Positions 1-8,638 of a stretch of DNA of 56,304 bases are shown one piece after another. Positions within the stretch are counted from its first letter, which is position 1. Each line of letters opens with the position of its first letter. Below the pieces are notes generated by a model that searched no databases, had not been told where the DNA came from, and saw only the letters and a list, made by a program, of their open reading frames with translations. This DNA comes from Sphingomonadaceae bacterium (lineage in GTDB: Bacteria; Pseudomonadota; Gammaproteobacteria; Burkholderiales; SG8-39): the NCBI GenBank assembly GCA_050257375.1, contig JBLMWT010000264.1:1-56304 (forward strand), in the 5' to 3' direction. The position numbers and the translations under genes are program-made.

Positions 1-115
1 ATTACTCACCCGTTCGCCACTCGCCACCAGGGTTGCCCCCGTGCTGCCGTTCGACTTGCATGTGTAAGGCATGCCGCCAGCGTTCAATCTGAGCCAGGAT
101 CAAACTCTTCAGTTC
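1..115 (-). rRNA. rrs: 16S rRNA, 5' end (runs off the left edge of the window)
   Basis: Reverse complement reads GAAGAGTTTGATCCTGGCTCAGATTGAACGCTGGCGGCATGCCTTACACATGCAAGTCGAACGGCAGCACGGGGGCAACCCTGGTGGCGAGTGGCGAACGGGTGAGTAAT. The 27F primer site is at 89-108. Exact 5' end is approximate. Confidence 0.98.
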
Positions 116-246
116 AAATCCAAAGCCTACTTCTCGCTCAAAGTAAACGGAGTTTACTGTGTGCGAGCACTAGAACACTTCGCCGCTCACCGGAAAACCG
201 GCTACGCGGCGCCGTTCGCTCAAGCGCCCACACTTATCGGCTGCGA

Positions 247-260
247 ATTTTTAAAGAACG
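247..260 (-). promoter_or_regulatory. rrn leader boxA antitermination element
   Basis: - strand CGTTCTTTAAAAAT resembles boxA (TGCTCTTTAACA) and lies ~130 nt upstream of 16S. Confidence 0.75.
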
Positions 261-261
261 T

Positions 262-338
262 TGGTTGCGGGGAGAGGATTTGAACCTCTGACCTTCGGGT
301 TATGAGCCCGACGAGCTGCCAGACTGCTCCACCCCGCG
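262..338 (-). tRNA. initiator tRNA-fMet (CAT)
   Basis: CGCGGGGTGGAGCAGTCTGGCAGCTCGTCGGGCTCATAACCCGAAGGTCAGAGGTTCAAATCCTCTCCCCGCAACCA: 77 nt, CAT anticodon, C1:A72 mismatch, three G-C pairs in the anticodon stem, encoded CCA. Confidence 0.97.
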
Positions 339-354
339 CCCGAGTGAGACCGAG

Positions 355-384
355 ATTATAGCGAGGTCGGAAAAATGGTGTCAA
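355..384 (-). promoter_or_regulatory. sigma70 promoter for tRNA-fMet / rrn operon
   Basis: Exact TTGACA (379-384), 18 bp spacer, TATAAT (355-360) on the - strand, 16 bp upstream of the tRNA. Confidence 0.9.
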
Positions 385-481
385 CAAAATCTGGGGCGGA
401 AGGCTCTGCCGGTCGGAATCCGCTTCACACCCTGGTGCCGATGTCCCCGAAATGGCCCGCCGATTTCCCGTGAGACGGACG

Positions 482-1333
482 CTACTCGCGCCCCGTGTCG
501 CCGCTTCCGGGCTGCCAAACGAGCAGTCGGCGCTCCACTGCCGATACCAGCCAGTCCAGTGCCAGCGCGAATACGGTCAACACGACAATTCCCGCCACAA
601 CCGTGTTCATATCAAACACGCCCTCGGCCTGCTGGATCAGATAGCCGACGCCTTCAGAAGAACCAAGGTACTCGCCGACTACGGCTCCGACGAATGCGAG
701 CCCCACGGAGTTGTGCAGGCTGGCGAACACCCAGCTCATCGCTGAAGGCAGATATACGTGACGCAGCAGCTGGCGCCGTGACGCACCGAGCATGCGCGCG
801 TTTGCCAGTACTACGGGACTCACTTCGCGCACACCCTGGTAGACGTTGAAGAATACGATGAAGAACACGAGCGTCACGCCGAGTGCTACCTTGGAGGCAA
901 TGCCAAGGCCGAACCAAACGAAGAATATCGGCGCCAATATCACACGTGGCATCGCGTTGGCCGCCTTGATGTAAGGATCCATAACCGCCGACGCACGCGG
1001 TGCCAACGCCATCCAGATACCGATCGCAATGCCCGACACGGTGCCGATACAGAACGCGAGCAGCGTCTCGATCAGCGTCACCCACAGGTGACGGTATATC
1101 TCGCCGAAGGCAAACCAGTGCCATACGCGCACACCCACCTTGACCGGTTCCCCGAAGAAGAACGCTGCCTTGTTCGGATCGTCGAAGTAGATCGGAGGAA
1201 GTAGCGTCGGATTTGTCGCCACGTACCAGAACGCCAGCAGCGCGGCGAAGACCACCAGCTGGTAGAGCCGCAGCCTGAGCGCCTGCCTGCGCAGTCTGCC
1301 GCGGACTCGGTCGTCACCGCTGTTGCTGCGCAT
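482..1333 (-). CDS. NitT/TauT-family ABC transporter permease
   Basis: Hydrophobic helices; NAMPRVILAPIFFVWFGLG; EAA-like loop LANARMLGAS; VGAVVGEYLGS. Confidence 0.9.
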   Translation of the reverse strand: MRSNSGDDRVRGRLRRQALRLRLYQLVVFAALLAFWYVATNPTLLPPIYFDDPNKAAFFFGEPVKVGVRVWHWFAFGEIYRHLWVTLIETLLAFCIGTVSGIAIGIWMALAPRASAVMDPYIKAANAMPRVILAPIFFVWFGLGIASKVALGVTLVFFIVFFNVYQGVREVSPVVLANARMLGASRRQLLRHVYLPSAMSWVFASLHNSVGLAFVGAVVGEYLGSSEGVGYLIQQAEGVFDMNTVVAGIVVLTVFALALDWLVSAVERRLLVWQPGSGDTGRE

Positions 1334-2117
1334 AGCCCTTCAGCACCTCGCTCTTCATGCGACGCCAGATCTGGGTGTAGAGCTCGACGAAGTGCGATGA
1401 CAGACGTATTTCCGCCACGTCGCGCGGACGCGGAAGATCGATCGAGAATTCGCCTATCGGATGCGTCGCGGGGCCGGCCGACAACACCACGACCCGATCC
1501 GACAAAGAAATCGCCTCCTCCAGATCGTGCGTGATGAACACGACGGACTTTCTGTCCGCAGACCAAAGTTCGAGCAGTTCGTTCTCCATCAGTTGTCGCG
1601 TCTGGACATCGAGCGCCGAGAAAGGCTCGTCCATCAACAGAATCTGCGGCTCAAGGATCAGCGTTTGCGCGAGGGCCACGCGTTTGCGCATGCCGCCCGA
1701 GAGCTGGTGAGGATACCGGTCGCCGAAGCCGGACAAACCCACCCGTCGGAGCCAGTCGCGCCCCTTTGCGCGCGCCTCGGCCCTGCCCGTGCCGCGAAAT
1801 TCGAGCCCGGCCGAGACGTTGTCCAGGGCGTTACGCCATGGCATCAGTGCTTCAGTCTGGAACAGATAACCGGCCTGCACGTTCAGGCCGCGCAAGCGCT
1901 CCCCGTTCACCCATACCTGCCCGGCGCTCGGTTCGAGCAGCCCTGCAGCGACATTGAGAAGAGTCGTCTTGCCGCAACCGGTCGGGCCGACCACCGAGAC
2001 GAACTCCCCGGGTTCGACGACGAGAGTCGTATCTCGCACGGCCGTATATTGCTTGCTGCGCTCCCCGCGCGCCGCGAAGGTACAGGTGATCCCCCGCAGC
2101 GCGAGCGCCGGGGTCAC
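1314..2117 (-). CDS. NitT/TauT-family ABC transporter ATP-binding protein
   Basis: Walker A GPTGCGKT, signature LSGGMRKR, Walker B LLMDEPFSALD, H-loop FITHD. Confidence 0.93.
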   Translation of the reverse strand: MTPALALRGITCTFAARGERSKQYTAVRDTTLVVEPGEFVSVVGPTGCGKTTLLNVAAGLLEPSAGQVWVNGERLRGLNVQAGYLFQTEALMPWRNALDNVSAGLEFRGTGRAEARAKGRDWLRRVGLSGFGDRYPHQLSGGMRKRVALAQTLILEPQILLMDEPFSALDVQTRQLMENELLELWSADRKSVVFITHDLEEAISLSDRVVVLSAGPATHPIGEFSIDLPRPRDVAEIRLSSHFVELYTQIWRRMKSEVLKGYAQQQR

Positions 2118-3142
2118 TTGTACTTCGCGTTCGCCTTCTTCGCGAACTGGTTCGTATAGGTCTTCGACAGGTCGATGCTCGCCTCCTTCACCGACGGAAC
2201 GAAATTGCGAAGTGCCGCCAGGGTGGCCTGCGCGCCCGGGTCGGAAACGACGCCGTCGGGCGAGATCGCCTCCTTGACGTTGTCATAGGTGAACATGTAA
2301 AGCGCACGATCACCCAACAAGTACGCCTCTGGGACGACCTTGATGACGTCCGTCGCGCTCGCCTTCGAGATCCACTTGTCCGCGCGCACGATGGCGTTGG
2401 CAAGGGCCTGCACGGTGTTCGGGTTCTTCTGTACGAACTCGAGTGGAGCGTAGAGGCAGCCCGCTGGCAGCGGAGCGCCCCATATTTCCTTTGTGCCCTT
2501 CAGAGTACGCGTATCGGCGACAATCTTGATCGCGCCTTCGCGCTCGAGTTTCGTCATCACTGGATCGACGTTGGAAATGGCGTCGATCTCCCCGCTCTTG
2601 ATCGCGGCGATGGCCGTCGCACCGGTTCCCACGCCCACGATCGCAACGGAGGTGTCCGGATCGAGTCCAGCCTTGGCGAGCAGCTGCTTGACGAGGTTGT
2701 GCGTACTCGAACCCGGTGCGGTGACGCCGATCTTCATACCCTTCAGATCCTTGAACGAATGAAAGCTCGCCATCTTGGGGGTTGCGACGCCGAGCACGAT
2801 CTGCGGCAACCTTCCCTGCAGTGCGAAGGCCTGGAAGTACTGCTTCTTGCTCTGCAGGTTGATCGTATGCTCATAGGCGCCGGAGACGACGTCGGCGCTC
2901 CCTCCGACAACTGCGCGCAGCGCAGCCGACCCGCCCTTGAAATCGCTGATCGTGACGTTCAGACCTTCATCCTTGAAATAGCCGAGCTGCTCGGCAATGG
3001 TGAGCGGCAAGTAGTAGAACGCGGCCTTGCCTCCCACTGCGATATGCACGTCGCGCTTTTCCAGCTGGCCCTGCGCGTGCGCGCCGAGCGCCGTTGACGC
3101 GAGCACGAGCAGCACGCACAGCGACCGGAATGTACCTTTCAT
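2114..3142 (-). CDS. NitT/TauT-family ABC substrate-binding protein
   Basis: Start reassigned to MKGTFRS (ATG 3142, SD AAGGGGAGG). Signal peptide; YYLPLTIAEQLGYFKDEGL; IGVTAPGSST. GTGA overlap with the ATPase gene. Confidence 0.88.
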   Translation of the reverse strand: MKGTFRSLCVLLVLASTALGAHAQGQLEKRDVHIAVGGKAAFYYLPLTIAEQLGYFKDEGLNVTISDFKGGSAALRAVVGGSADVVSGAYEHTINLQSKKQYFQAFALQGRLPQIVLGVATPKMASFHSFKDLKGMKIGVTAPGSSTHNLVKQLLAKAGLDPDTSVAIVGVGTGATAIAAIKSGEIDAISNVDPVMTKLEREGAIKIVADTRTLKGTKEIWGAPLPAGCLYAPLEFVQKNPNTVQALANAIVRADKWISKASATDVIKVVPEAYLLGDRALYMFTYDNVKEAISPDGVVSDPGAQATLAALRNFVPSVKEASIDLSKTYTNQFAKKANAKYK

Positions 3143-3216
3143 GTCTATCCTCCCCTTTCTCTCCTGCTCAGGATTTGGTTCTTCGAAAACCAGGGAATCC
3201 GCGCCTGCTTCCCGAC

Positions 3217-3828
3217 CTACAGGCCGCGTCGATCTTGGATCGCCTGCGAAATGGTGCCAACGTCCACATACTCGAGTTCTCCGCCCAGTGGGACGCCGCG
3301 AGCAATGCGGCTGGCCTTGATATTGCGTGCGCGCAGCATCTCGGCGATATAGTGGGCGGTCGCCTCGCCCTCGTTGGTGAAATTGGTTGCCAGGATCACC
3401 TCTTGTACGATCCCGTCGGTAGCGCGCTCGAGCAGACGCTCGAGCCCGATGTCGCGCGGCCCGATACCGTCGAGCGGCGACAGCCGACCCATCAAGACGA
3501 AATACATGCCCGAGTAGCTGAGCGTCTGCTCGACCATCGCCAGATCGGTCGGCGTCTCCACGACGCACAGCAGGCTCGGGTCGCGACGCGTCGACCGGCA
3601 CAGCGCGCAGATCTCTTCTTCGGTGAAGTTATTGCACCTGGCGCACAGGCGTACGCTGCTCAGCGCGGCGGACAATGCCTGCGCGAGCAGGTCCGCGCCT
3701 GCCCGGTCGTGCTGGAGCAAGTGGTACGCCATGCGCTGCGCCGAGCGCGGACCGACCCCCGGCAACACGCGTAGCGCCTCGACCAGCCGTTCGACGCCCT
3801 TGGCGGTGGGTATCGCATCCCTGCGCAT
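3217..3828 (-). CDS. recR: recombination mediator RecR
   Basis: Hh[12 protein letters not shown]; zinc finger CARC...CALC; Toprim LCVVE; [12 protein letters not shown]; [15 protein letters not shown]. Confidence 0.97.
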   Translation of the reverse strand: MRRDAIPTAKGVERLVEALRVLPGVGPRSAQRMAYHLLQHDRAGADLLAQALSAALSSVRLCARCNNFTEEEICALCRSTRRDPSLLCVVETPTDLAMVEQTLSYSGMYFVLMGRLSPLDGIGPRDIGLERLLERATDGIVQEVILATNFTNEGEATAHYIAEMLRARNIKASRIARGVPLGGELEYVDVGTISQAIQDRRGL

Positions 3829-3850
3829 TCGGCTACCCCGCTGCTTCGCG

Positions 3851-4174
3851 TCAGAAAGGCAGCTTGAATCCGGGTGGCAGCCCGAGCCCCGCAGTCATGC
3901 CGCTCATCTTCTCCGCTACCGCTGCCTCGACCTTGCGCGCGGCGTCGTTGAATGCGGCTGCCACGAGATCTTCCAGCATCTCCTTGTCGTCGCCGACGAG
4001 CGATGGGTCGATCGCGACTCGCTTCACGTCGTGCTTGCAGGTCATCACGATCTTGACCAGGCCCGCACCCGACTGACCCTCCACCTCGTGGTTGGCAAGC
4101 TCCTCCTGCATGCGCTGCATGTTCTGCTGCATCATCTGGGCCTGCTTCATGAGCTGGCCGATATTTCCTTTCAT
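3851..4174 (-). CDS. ybaB: YbaB/EbfC nucleoid-associated protein
   Basis: LMKQAQ.MQ...[10 protein letters not shown]...[14 protein letters not shown]...PPGFKLPF; located between dnaX and recR. Confidence 0.96.
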   Translation of the reverse strand: MKGNIGQLMKQAQMMQQNMQRMQEELANHEVEGQSGAGLVKIVMTCKHDVKRVAIDPSLVGDDKEMLEDLVAAAFNDAARKVEAAVAEKMSGMTAGLGLPPGFKLPF

Positions 4175-4214
4175 CGTCCTCTCCCGGGGTGGGCGGTCCT
4201 CGGCGGACCACCCG

Positions 4215-5768
4215 TCACGAATTCTTGGGGGTTGCCTGGATCGTCGAAGCGATCACTTTGGCATCGCAGATTTCCACCAAATCCTGCACGAAGCGATCGC
4301 CCTGAACCGCTCGCGCGGCTTCCACTTGTCGCGCGCCGCGTTCCGTGGCTTCGAGCGCAACAATTGACGCTCCTTTCGCGTCTCCAGCGACGACCTTGAC
4401 GGACACGCCAGCGCCGAGAAGCTGCTCGAGCGCCGCCTTGAGCTTGTCCTGGTACGACTTTTCGGCCAGATAGGCCTTCGCCTTCGGTACCAGGAGCTCG
4501 AAAGATTTTCCATCCCGGCGGGCGAGTTCGGCGTTGCGCGCGAGTTCGCGCGCGGCGCCGGTGACTTGCAGCTTGCCCACCAGCTGCGTCCATTCGGTAC
4601 CGAGGGGCGTCGCGGCCGCCTGGGCGTGCGCAGGCGGCGCCGTATGCGCCGTCGACTCGCCAGGGGCCGATCGTTCACTGCCGCCCTCCGGCCGAAAAGC
4701 CAGCATACGCAGCACGCTCATGACGAATCCCGCGTGCTCGTCCGGCGCGAGCGCGAGATCGTCCCTTCCCTGCAGCGCGATCTGATAGTCCAACTGCACC
4801 GTCTCCGCATCCAGTCGCTTGCCGAGCGCGACGATCCGCTCGCGCTCTGGAAAGTCGTCTTCGAGCGCCCCCGGCACCGACTGCGCGAGAGCGACGCGCA
4901 GCAGCAGGCTCGCAAGGTCCGCGAGCGCCTGGTCGAACGACAGGCTGCGTGCCGCCATTTCGTCCGCGACAGCAAGCGCCGCGCGCGCATCGCCCACCCC
5001 CACCGCTTCGAGAAGCCGCAGGAGGTACGTCTCGTCCACCGCGCCCAGCATGTCGCGGACATCGTCGGAGGATATCCGCCCAGCGCCGTGGGCGATCGCC
5101 TGGTCAAGCAGCGACAGAGCGTCGCGCATGCTGCCCGCGGCGGCGCGGCCGATCAGCGGCAACGCGGCCGGATCGTAGGAGATCTTCTCCGCCTCGAGCA
5201 GCTTCGCGAGGTGCGCGGCAATCGCGGTGCGCGGCATCTGCTTGAGATTGAATTGCAGGCAGCGGCTGAGCACCGTGACCGGAATCTTCTGCGGGTCGGT
5301 CGTCGCGAGAACGAACTTGAGGTGATCGGGCGGCTCCTCGAGCGTCTTGAGCATCGCGTTGAACGCCGAGGTCGACAGCATGTGCACTTCGTCGATCACG
5401 TACACTTTGTAGCGCCCGCGCGTAGGCGCGTACTGCGCCGTATCGAGCAGCTGACGCATCTCGTCGACGCGCGTATTGGTGGCCGCATCGACCTCGAGCA
5501 GGTCGACGAAGCGCCCCGCGTCGATCTCCTGGCAAGCGCTGCACTTGCCACAGGGCTCGGGCGTCACGCCGGTTTCACAGTTCAGACACTTGGCAAGTAT
5601 GCGAGCGAGCGTCGTCTTGCCGACGCCTCGCGTTCCGGTGAACAGATACGCGTGATGCAGCCGGTTCTGCTCAAGTGCGTGCCGCAGGGCACGCACGACA
5701 TGCTCTTGCCCGACGAGGCTGCCGAAATCGCGCGGCCGCCACTTGCGGGCGAGAACCTGGTAGCTCAT
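4215..5768 (-). CDS. dnaX: DNA polymerase III subunit gamma/tau
   Basis: [34 protein letters not shown]. Confidence 0.97.
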   Translation of the reverse strand: MSYQVLARKWRPRDFGSLVGQEHVVRALRHALEQNRLHHAYLFTGTRGVGKTTLARILAKCLNCETGVTPEPCGKCSACQEIDAGRFVDLLEVDAATNTRVDEMRQLLDTAQYAPTRGRYKVYVIDEVHMLSTSAFNAMLKTLEEPPDHLKFVLATTDPQKIPVTVLSRCLQFNLKQMPRTAIAAHLAKLLEAEKISYDPAALPLIGRAAAGSMRDALSLLDQAIAHGAGRISSDDVRDMLGAVDETYLLRLLEAVGVGDARAALAVADEMAARSLSFDQALADLASLLLRVALAQSVPGALEDDFPERERIVALGKRLDAETVQLDYQIALQGRDDLALAPDEHAGFVMSVLRMLAFRPEGGSERSAPGESTAHTAPPAHAQAAATPLGTEWTQLVGKLQVTGAARELARNAELARRDGKSFELLVPKAKAYLAEKSYQDKLKAALEQLLGAGVSVKVVAGDAKGASIVALEATERGARQVEAARAVQGDRFVQDLVEICDAKVIASTIQATPKNS

Positions 5769-5775
5769 GCGGAGA

Positions 5776-5784
5776 ATTCTATCA
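5776..5784 (-). promoter_or_regulatory. extended -10 promoter, probably leaderless dnaX
   Basis: TGA-TAGAAT, then 7 nt, then the dnaX ATG; no SD. Confidence 0.55.
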
Positions 5785-5823
5785 GTCCCCTGCCCGGCGC
5801 TTGCGCGCCGGGCAGGTCAATGG

Positions 5824-5921
5824 GTGGCGAGCCTTAACCCCGGCACCTGCAGGGACCGGCTGTGGCTGCTTCCTTCCGGACCTGACCAGGTTCACCAGGC
5901 TGCAGTGCGGGGAGGCCCGCC
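5824..5921 (-). ncRNA. ffs: SRP (4.5S) RNA
   Basis: - strand contains the conserved TCAGGTCCGGAAGGAAGCAGC loop; terminal stem GGCGGGCC/GGCTCGCC; directly upstream of dnaX. Confidence 0.95.
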
Positions 5922-5939
5922 GTAGACCTCAATGTACAT

Positions 5940-6030
5940 TGGCGGAGAGAGAGGGATTCGAACCCTCGATGCGCTCATCACGCATACACACTTTCCAGGC
6001 GTGCGCCTTCGACCGCTCGGCCATCTCTCC
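5940..6030 (-). tRNA. tRNA-Ser (GGA)
   Basis: GGAGAGATGGCCGAGCGG...CCTGGAAAG...long variable arm...GGTTCGAATCCCTCTCTCTCCGCCA; TATAAT at 6041-6046 upstream. Confidence 0.96.
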
Positions 6031-6050
6031 AGCAGCCACCATTATAAGCG

Positions 6051-8162
6051 CTAGGCAGAGATGAAGCTGTGCAGCTCGCGCAGCACCGAGTCGATCCGGT
6101 GCAGATGTTGCTTGAGCCTGGCGAGCTCCGTGCGAGTCAGCGACTTCAGCGCTACCCGGCTCGAAGGCCGCACACCCGCCTCGAGGTCGCGCAATTGCTG
6201 GCGCAGCGCGAAGCCGAGCAGCTCGCCCTGAGCCTCGATCAAGGCGCTCGCATCACCCTCCGGTAGCCTGCCGGCTGCGGCGGCGGCGCGCAAGCGCGCC
6301 GGCGTCGAGCGTGCCATCGAGCCAATGCGCAGCGCGACGGTCCGCGCGCAGCACACCAGCGGCAGCAATCCGTCGCGCTTGACGTCCACGCGCCCGGCCT
6401 CCACTCTCGGTTTTCCGAACACTCCGAAGCGGGGTGCGACAGAAATCGCGGACTGCGCGAGCAGCGCGAGAAATGTCGGCGCACGCGACGCTTCCGCGAC
6501 CGCGCGCGTATGAAGCTCCCTCGCTAGCGATATATCGCCCGCTGCCGGCGTCAGGTCGAAGAAGATGTCCACGTTCAGAAGGTCCTCGGGTCGCGCGCGG
6601 CGCAGCCAATCGGCCACCCGGGCGCTCCACAGCTCCTCGGTGCCGCGCCACTCCGCGTTGGCGGCCATCACACCGCCCTTGCAGCGCGGCACGCCTGCTT
6701 CGTCCAACAGATCTGCGATGACGGCGCCGAACCCAGCGAACCAAGGGTCGTCGTCGCTCGCACCCGCATGAATCAGTGCGTTGTCCTGGTCGGCGCCAAG
6801 CAAACTCTCGCCGCGGCCGCCCGATCCGAGCAGCAGCAGGCACCAGGCCGCGGGTGGATCCCCTTGCCCGTCCGCACGCATCCTCTCGAGCGCGAGCTCG
6901 GCGGCGCGCGCAGTGAGCGCCTTGAGCTCCTGAGACACGACGCGCGCCACGTCCGTGCCACGCAACCCTTCGTCCGTCAGTTGTTGCGCGACTCCTGGAA
7001 GTCGATGGTATGCGGCCGCCAGCTCAGTCGCATCGCGCGCCACCGCAAGAGCGTCGTCGAGCGCCAGCGCGGCACGCGCACGGTGGTGCAGCAGGTCGCG
7101 CTGGGACAACACGCCGGTCGGGACGCCTGAGTGATCGACCACGCACAGGTGCCGGATGCCGAGGCGGTCCATGCGCGCCAGCGCGCGGTAGATCATGTCC
7201 TCGCCGGTGACGGTCTCGACCGGCGTGCTCATGACGTCCTCGACCCGTGCAGCGCCGAAATTGCTCTCCCCCCCTGCCGTCGCCCGCAGCAGGTCGCGCT
7301 CCGTCACGATGCCCCGCGGCGGCTCGCCCGCCTTCCCGACCAGCAGCGAACCTATGCGCCGCTCGACCATGAGGCGCGCAGCTTCTCCCAGCGTGGCAGC
7401 GCCTGCGACCATGACCGGTGGTGCGTGCAGCAGGTCCTGGACGTGCTTCTCGAACACGTAGCCATCTATCCGTCCGGCCGGAACCGCTACAGGCGGCGCC
7501 ACGCGCTCGCCCGGTATGGAATGCCAACCGGCCTCGGCCTGGCGTAGCGCGAGGTCGCTACGTCGTGCGGCGAGCCCCCTGGCCTCTCCGAGAGTCCGCA
7601 CCTCAAGCACTCGCAGGCGCGTGAGGAGGCGGGCGAATGCCTCGGCGGTCGCGATGCTATCGGCGAGCGCATTGTGTCGCCGAGTAATCTTGACGCCCAG
7701 GTGCGCACTGATGGTCTCGAGCCCCAGGTCGGGCAGCGCCGGCTCGAGCGCCGCCATGAGCAGGGCGATGTCGAGCGACGGTGGATCCTGCCACGCGATG
7801 CCGGCGCGCGCCGCCTCGTGGCGCAGCACCGCCAGATCGAAGGCGATGTTGTGCCCGACGACGACGCGCCCCGCCAGGAGCCGTTGGAGCGGCTCGGCGT
7901 AACTCGAGAAACTGGGCGCGCCCGCGACGTCGGCTTCGCCGATGCCATGGATGCGCTGTGCGCCGGCAGGTATCGGCACGCCGGGATTGATAAACTGGTC
8001 GACGCGCGGGGCGTCCAGCATGCGACTGCCCAGCATCGCCACGGCGCCGATCTGGACGATGCGGTCGCGCCGCACGTCGAGGCCGGTCGTCTCCAGGTCG
8101 AGGACCAGCACCGGGAGCGCGACGAGCGAGACGTGATTCTCTGGTGTGCGCGCTGCCGTCAT
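6051..8162 (-). CDS. DEDDh 3'-5' exonuclease + CBS pair + DUF294 nucleotidyltransferase-like fusion protein
   Basis: VLDLETTG / GHNIAFD / HNALAD (DEDDh); GSLLV..GIVTERDL and IRHLCVVD..GVLSQRDL (CBS pair); LLGSGGRGE..DQDNAL and CKGGVMAAN (DUF294 NTase); DVKRDGLLPLV (DUF294_C). Confidence 0.88.
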   Translation of the reverse strand: MTAARTPENHVSLVALPVLVLDLETTGLDVRRDRIVQIGAVAMLGSRMLDAPRVDQFINPGVPIPAGAQRIHGIGEADVAGAPSFSSYAEPLQRLLAGRVVVGHNIAFDLAVLRHEAARAGIAWQDPPSLDIALLMAALEPALPDLGLETISAHLGVKITRRHNALADSIATAEAFARLLTRLRVLEVRTLGEARGLAARRSDLALRQAEAGWHSIPGERVAPPVAVPAGRIDGYVFEKHVQDLLHAPPVMVAGAATLGEAARLMVERRIGSLLVGKAGEPPRGIVTERDLLRATAGGESNFGAARVEDVMSTPVETVTGEDMIYRALARMDRLGIRHLCVVDHSGVPTGVLSQRDLLHHRARAALALDDALAVARDATELAAAYHRLPGVAQQLTDEGLRGTDVARVVSQELKALTARAAELALERMRADGQGDPPAAWCLLLLGSGGRGESLLGADQDNALIHAGASDDDPWFAGFGAVIADLLDEAGVPRCKGGVMAANAEWRGTEELWSARVADWLRRARPEDLLNVDIFFDLTPAAGDISLARELHTRAVAEASRAPTFLALLAQSAISVAPRFGVFGKPRVEAGRVDVKRDGLLPLVCCARTVALRIGSMARSTPARLRAAAAAGRLPEGDASALIEAQGELLGFALRQQLRDLEAGVRPSSRVALKSLTRTELARLKQHLHRIDSVLRELHSFISA

Positions 8163-8184
8163 GCGCGAACCTCCCGCCCGCGCG

Positions 8185-8541
8185 CTACCTAAAGTACTTT
8201 CCGAAAAGCTGCTGCAGCCCCCGCGCGATCTCGCCTTCGAGGGGAAATGACAGCATGCCCATCACTGTGTAGCCGAGCAGCCAAGGCATCAGATAAAACC
8301 GCACCATGAAGAAGAACCACGCGACGTACAGCGGCACGAGTGGTGCCACGAGAAATGCCGGCGTGATCGGACGAAACAGCTTGATCAGCGGGTCCGTGGT
8401 GCGCACGAAAAAGCGCATGAAGAAGAACCGGCTATCGTCGGGCAGGAACAGTCGCATGCCGAAACGGCCGATGAGCGTCCACATCACCACGCCCAGGACG
8501 TAGTCGATCATGATTACCCACAGCGGGAACGTTTGCGTCAT
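8185..8541 (-). CDS. YggT-like small membrane protein
   Basis: Two to three hydrophobic segments; RFFVRTTDPLIKLFRPITP resembles the YggT motif; SD AGGAG. Confidence 0.65.
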   Translation of the reverse strand: MTQTFPLWVIMIDYVLGVVMWTLIGRFGMRLFLPDDSRFFFMRFFVRTTDPLIKLFRPITPAFLVAPLVPLYVAWFFFMVRFYLMPWLLGYTVMGMLSFPLEGEIARGLQQLFGKYFR

Positions 8542-8584
8542 TCAGGCTCCTGCACCACCGTCCTATCGTAGGGCGGGATACCAC

Positions 8585-8621
8585 AAAAAAAAAGAGCCGA
8601 GGCGAATACTCGCCCCGGCTC
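8585..8621 (-). terminator. Rho-independent terminator after the symporter
   Basis: - strand GAGCCGGGGCGAG-TA-TTCGCCTCGGCTC hairpin followed by a run of 9 T. Confidence 0.88.
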
Positions 8622-8638
8622 GATTGGATAGTGCGATG

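Noticed and set aside
71-283. 70-aa ORF (and 5675-6064)
   Set aside because: Antisense to 16S/leader/tRNA and to ffs/tRNA-Ser respectively; spurious.
4215-5768. Programmed -1 frameshift or slippage site in dnaX
   Set aside because: No A AAA AAG heptamer or long A run seen; the A runs I found in the 3' part are only 4 nt.
5940-6050. tRNA-anchored prophage or island
   Set aside because: The 3' ends of both tRNAs are followed by core elements (ffs, rrn leader); no integrase or repeated 3' end seen.
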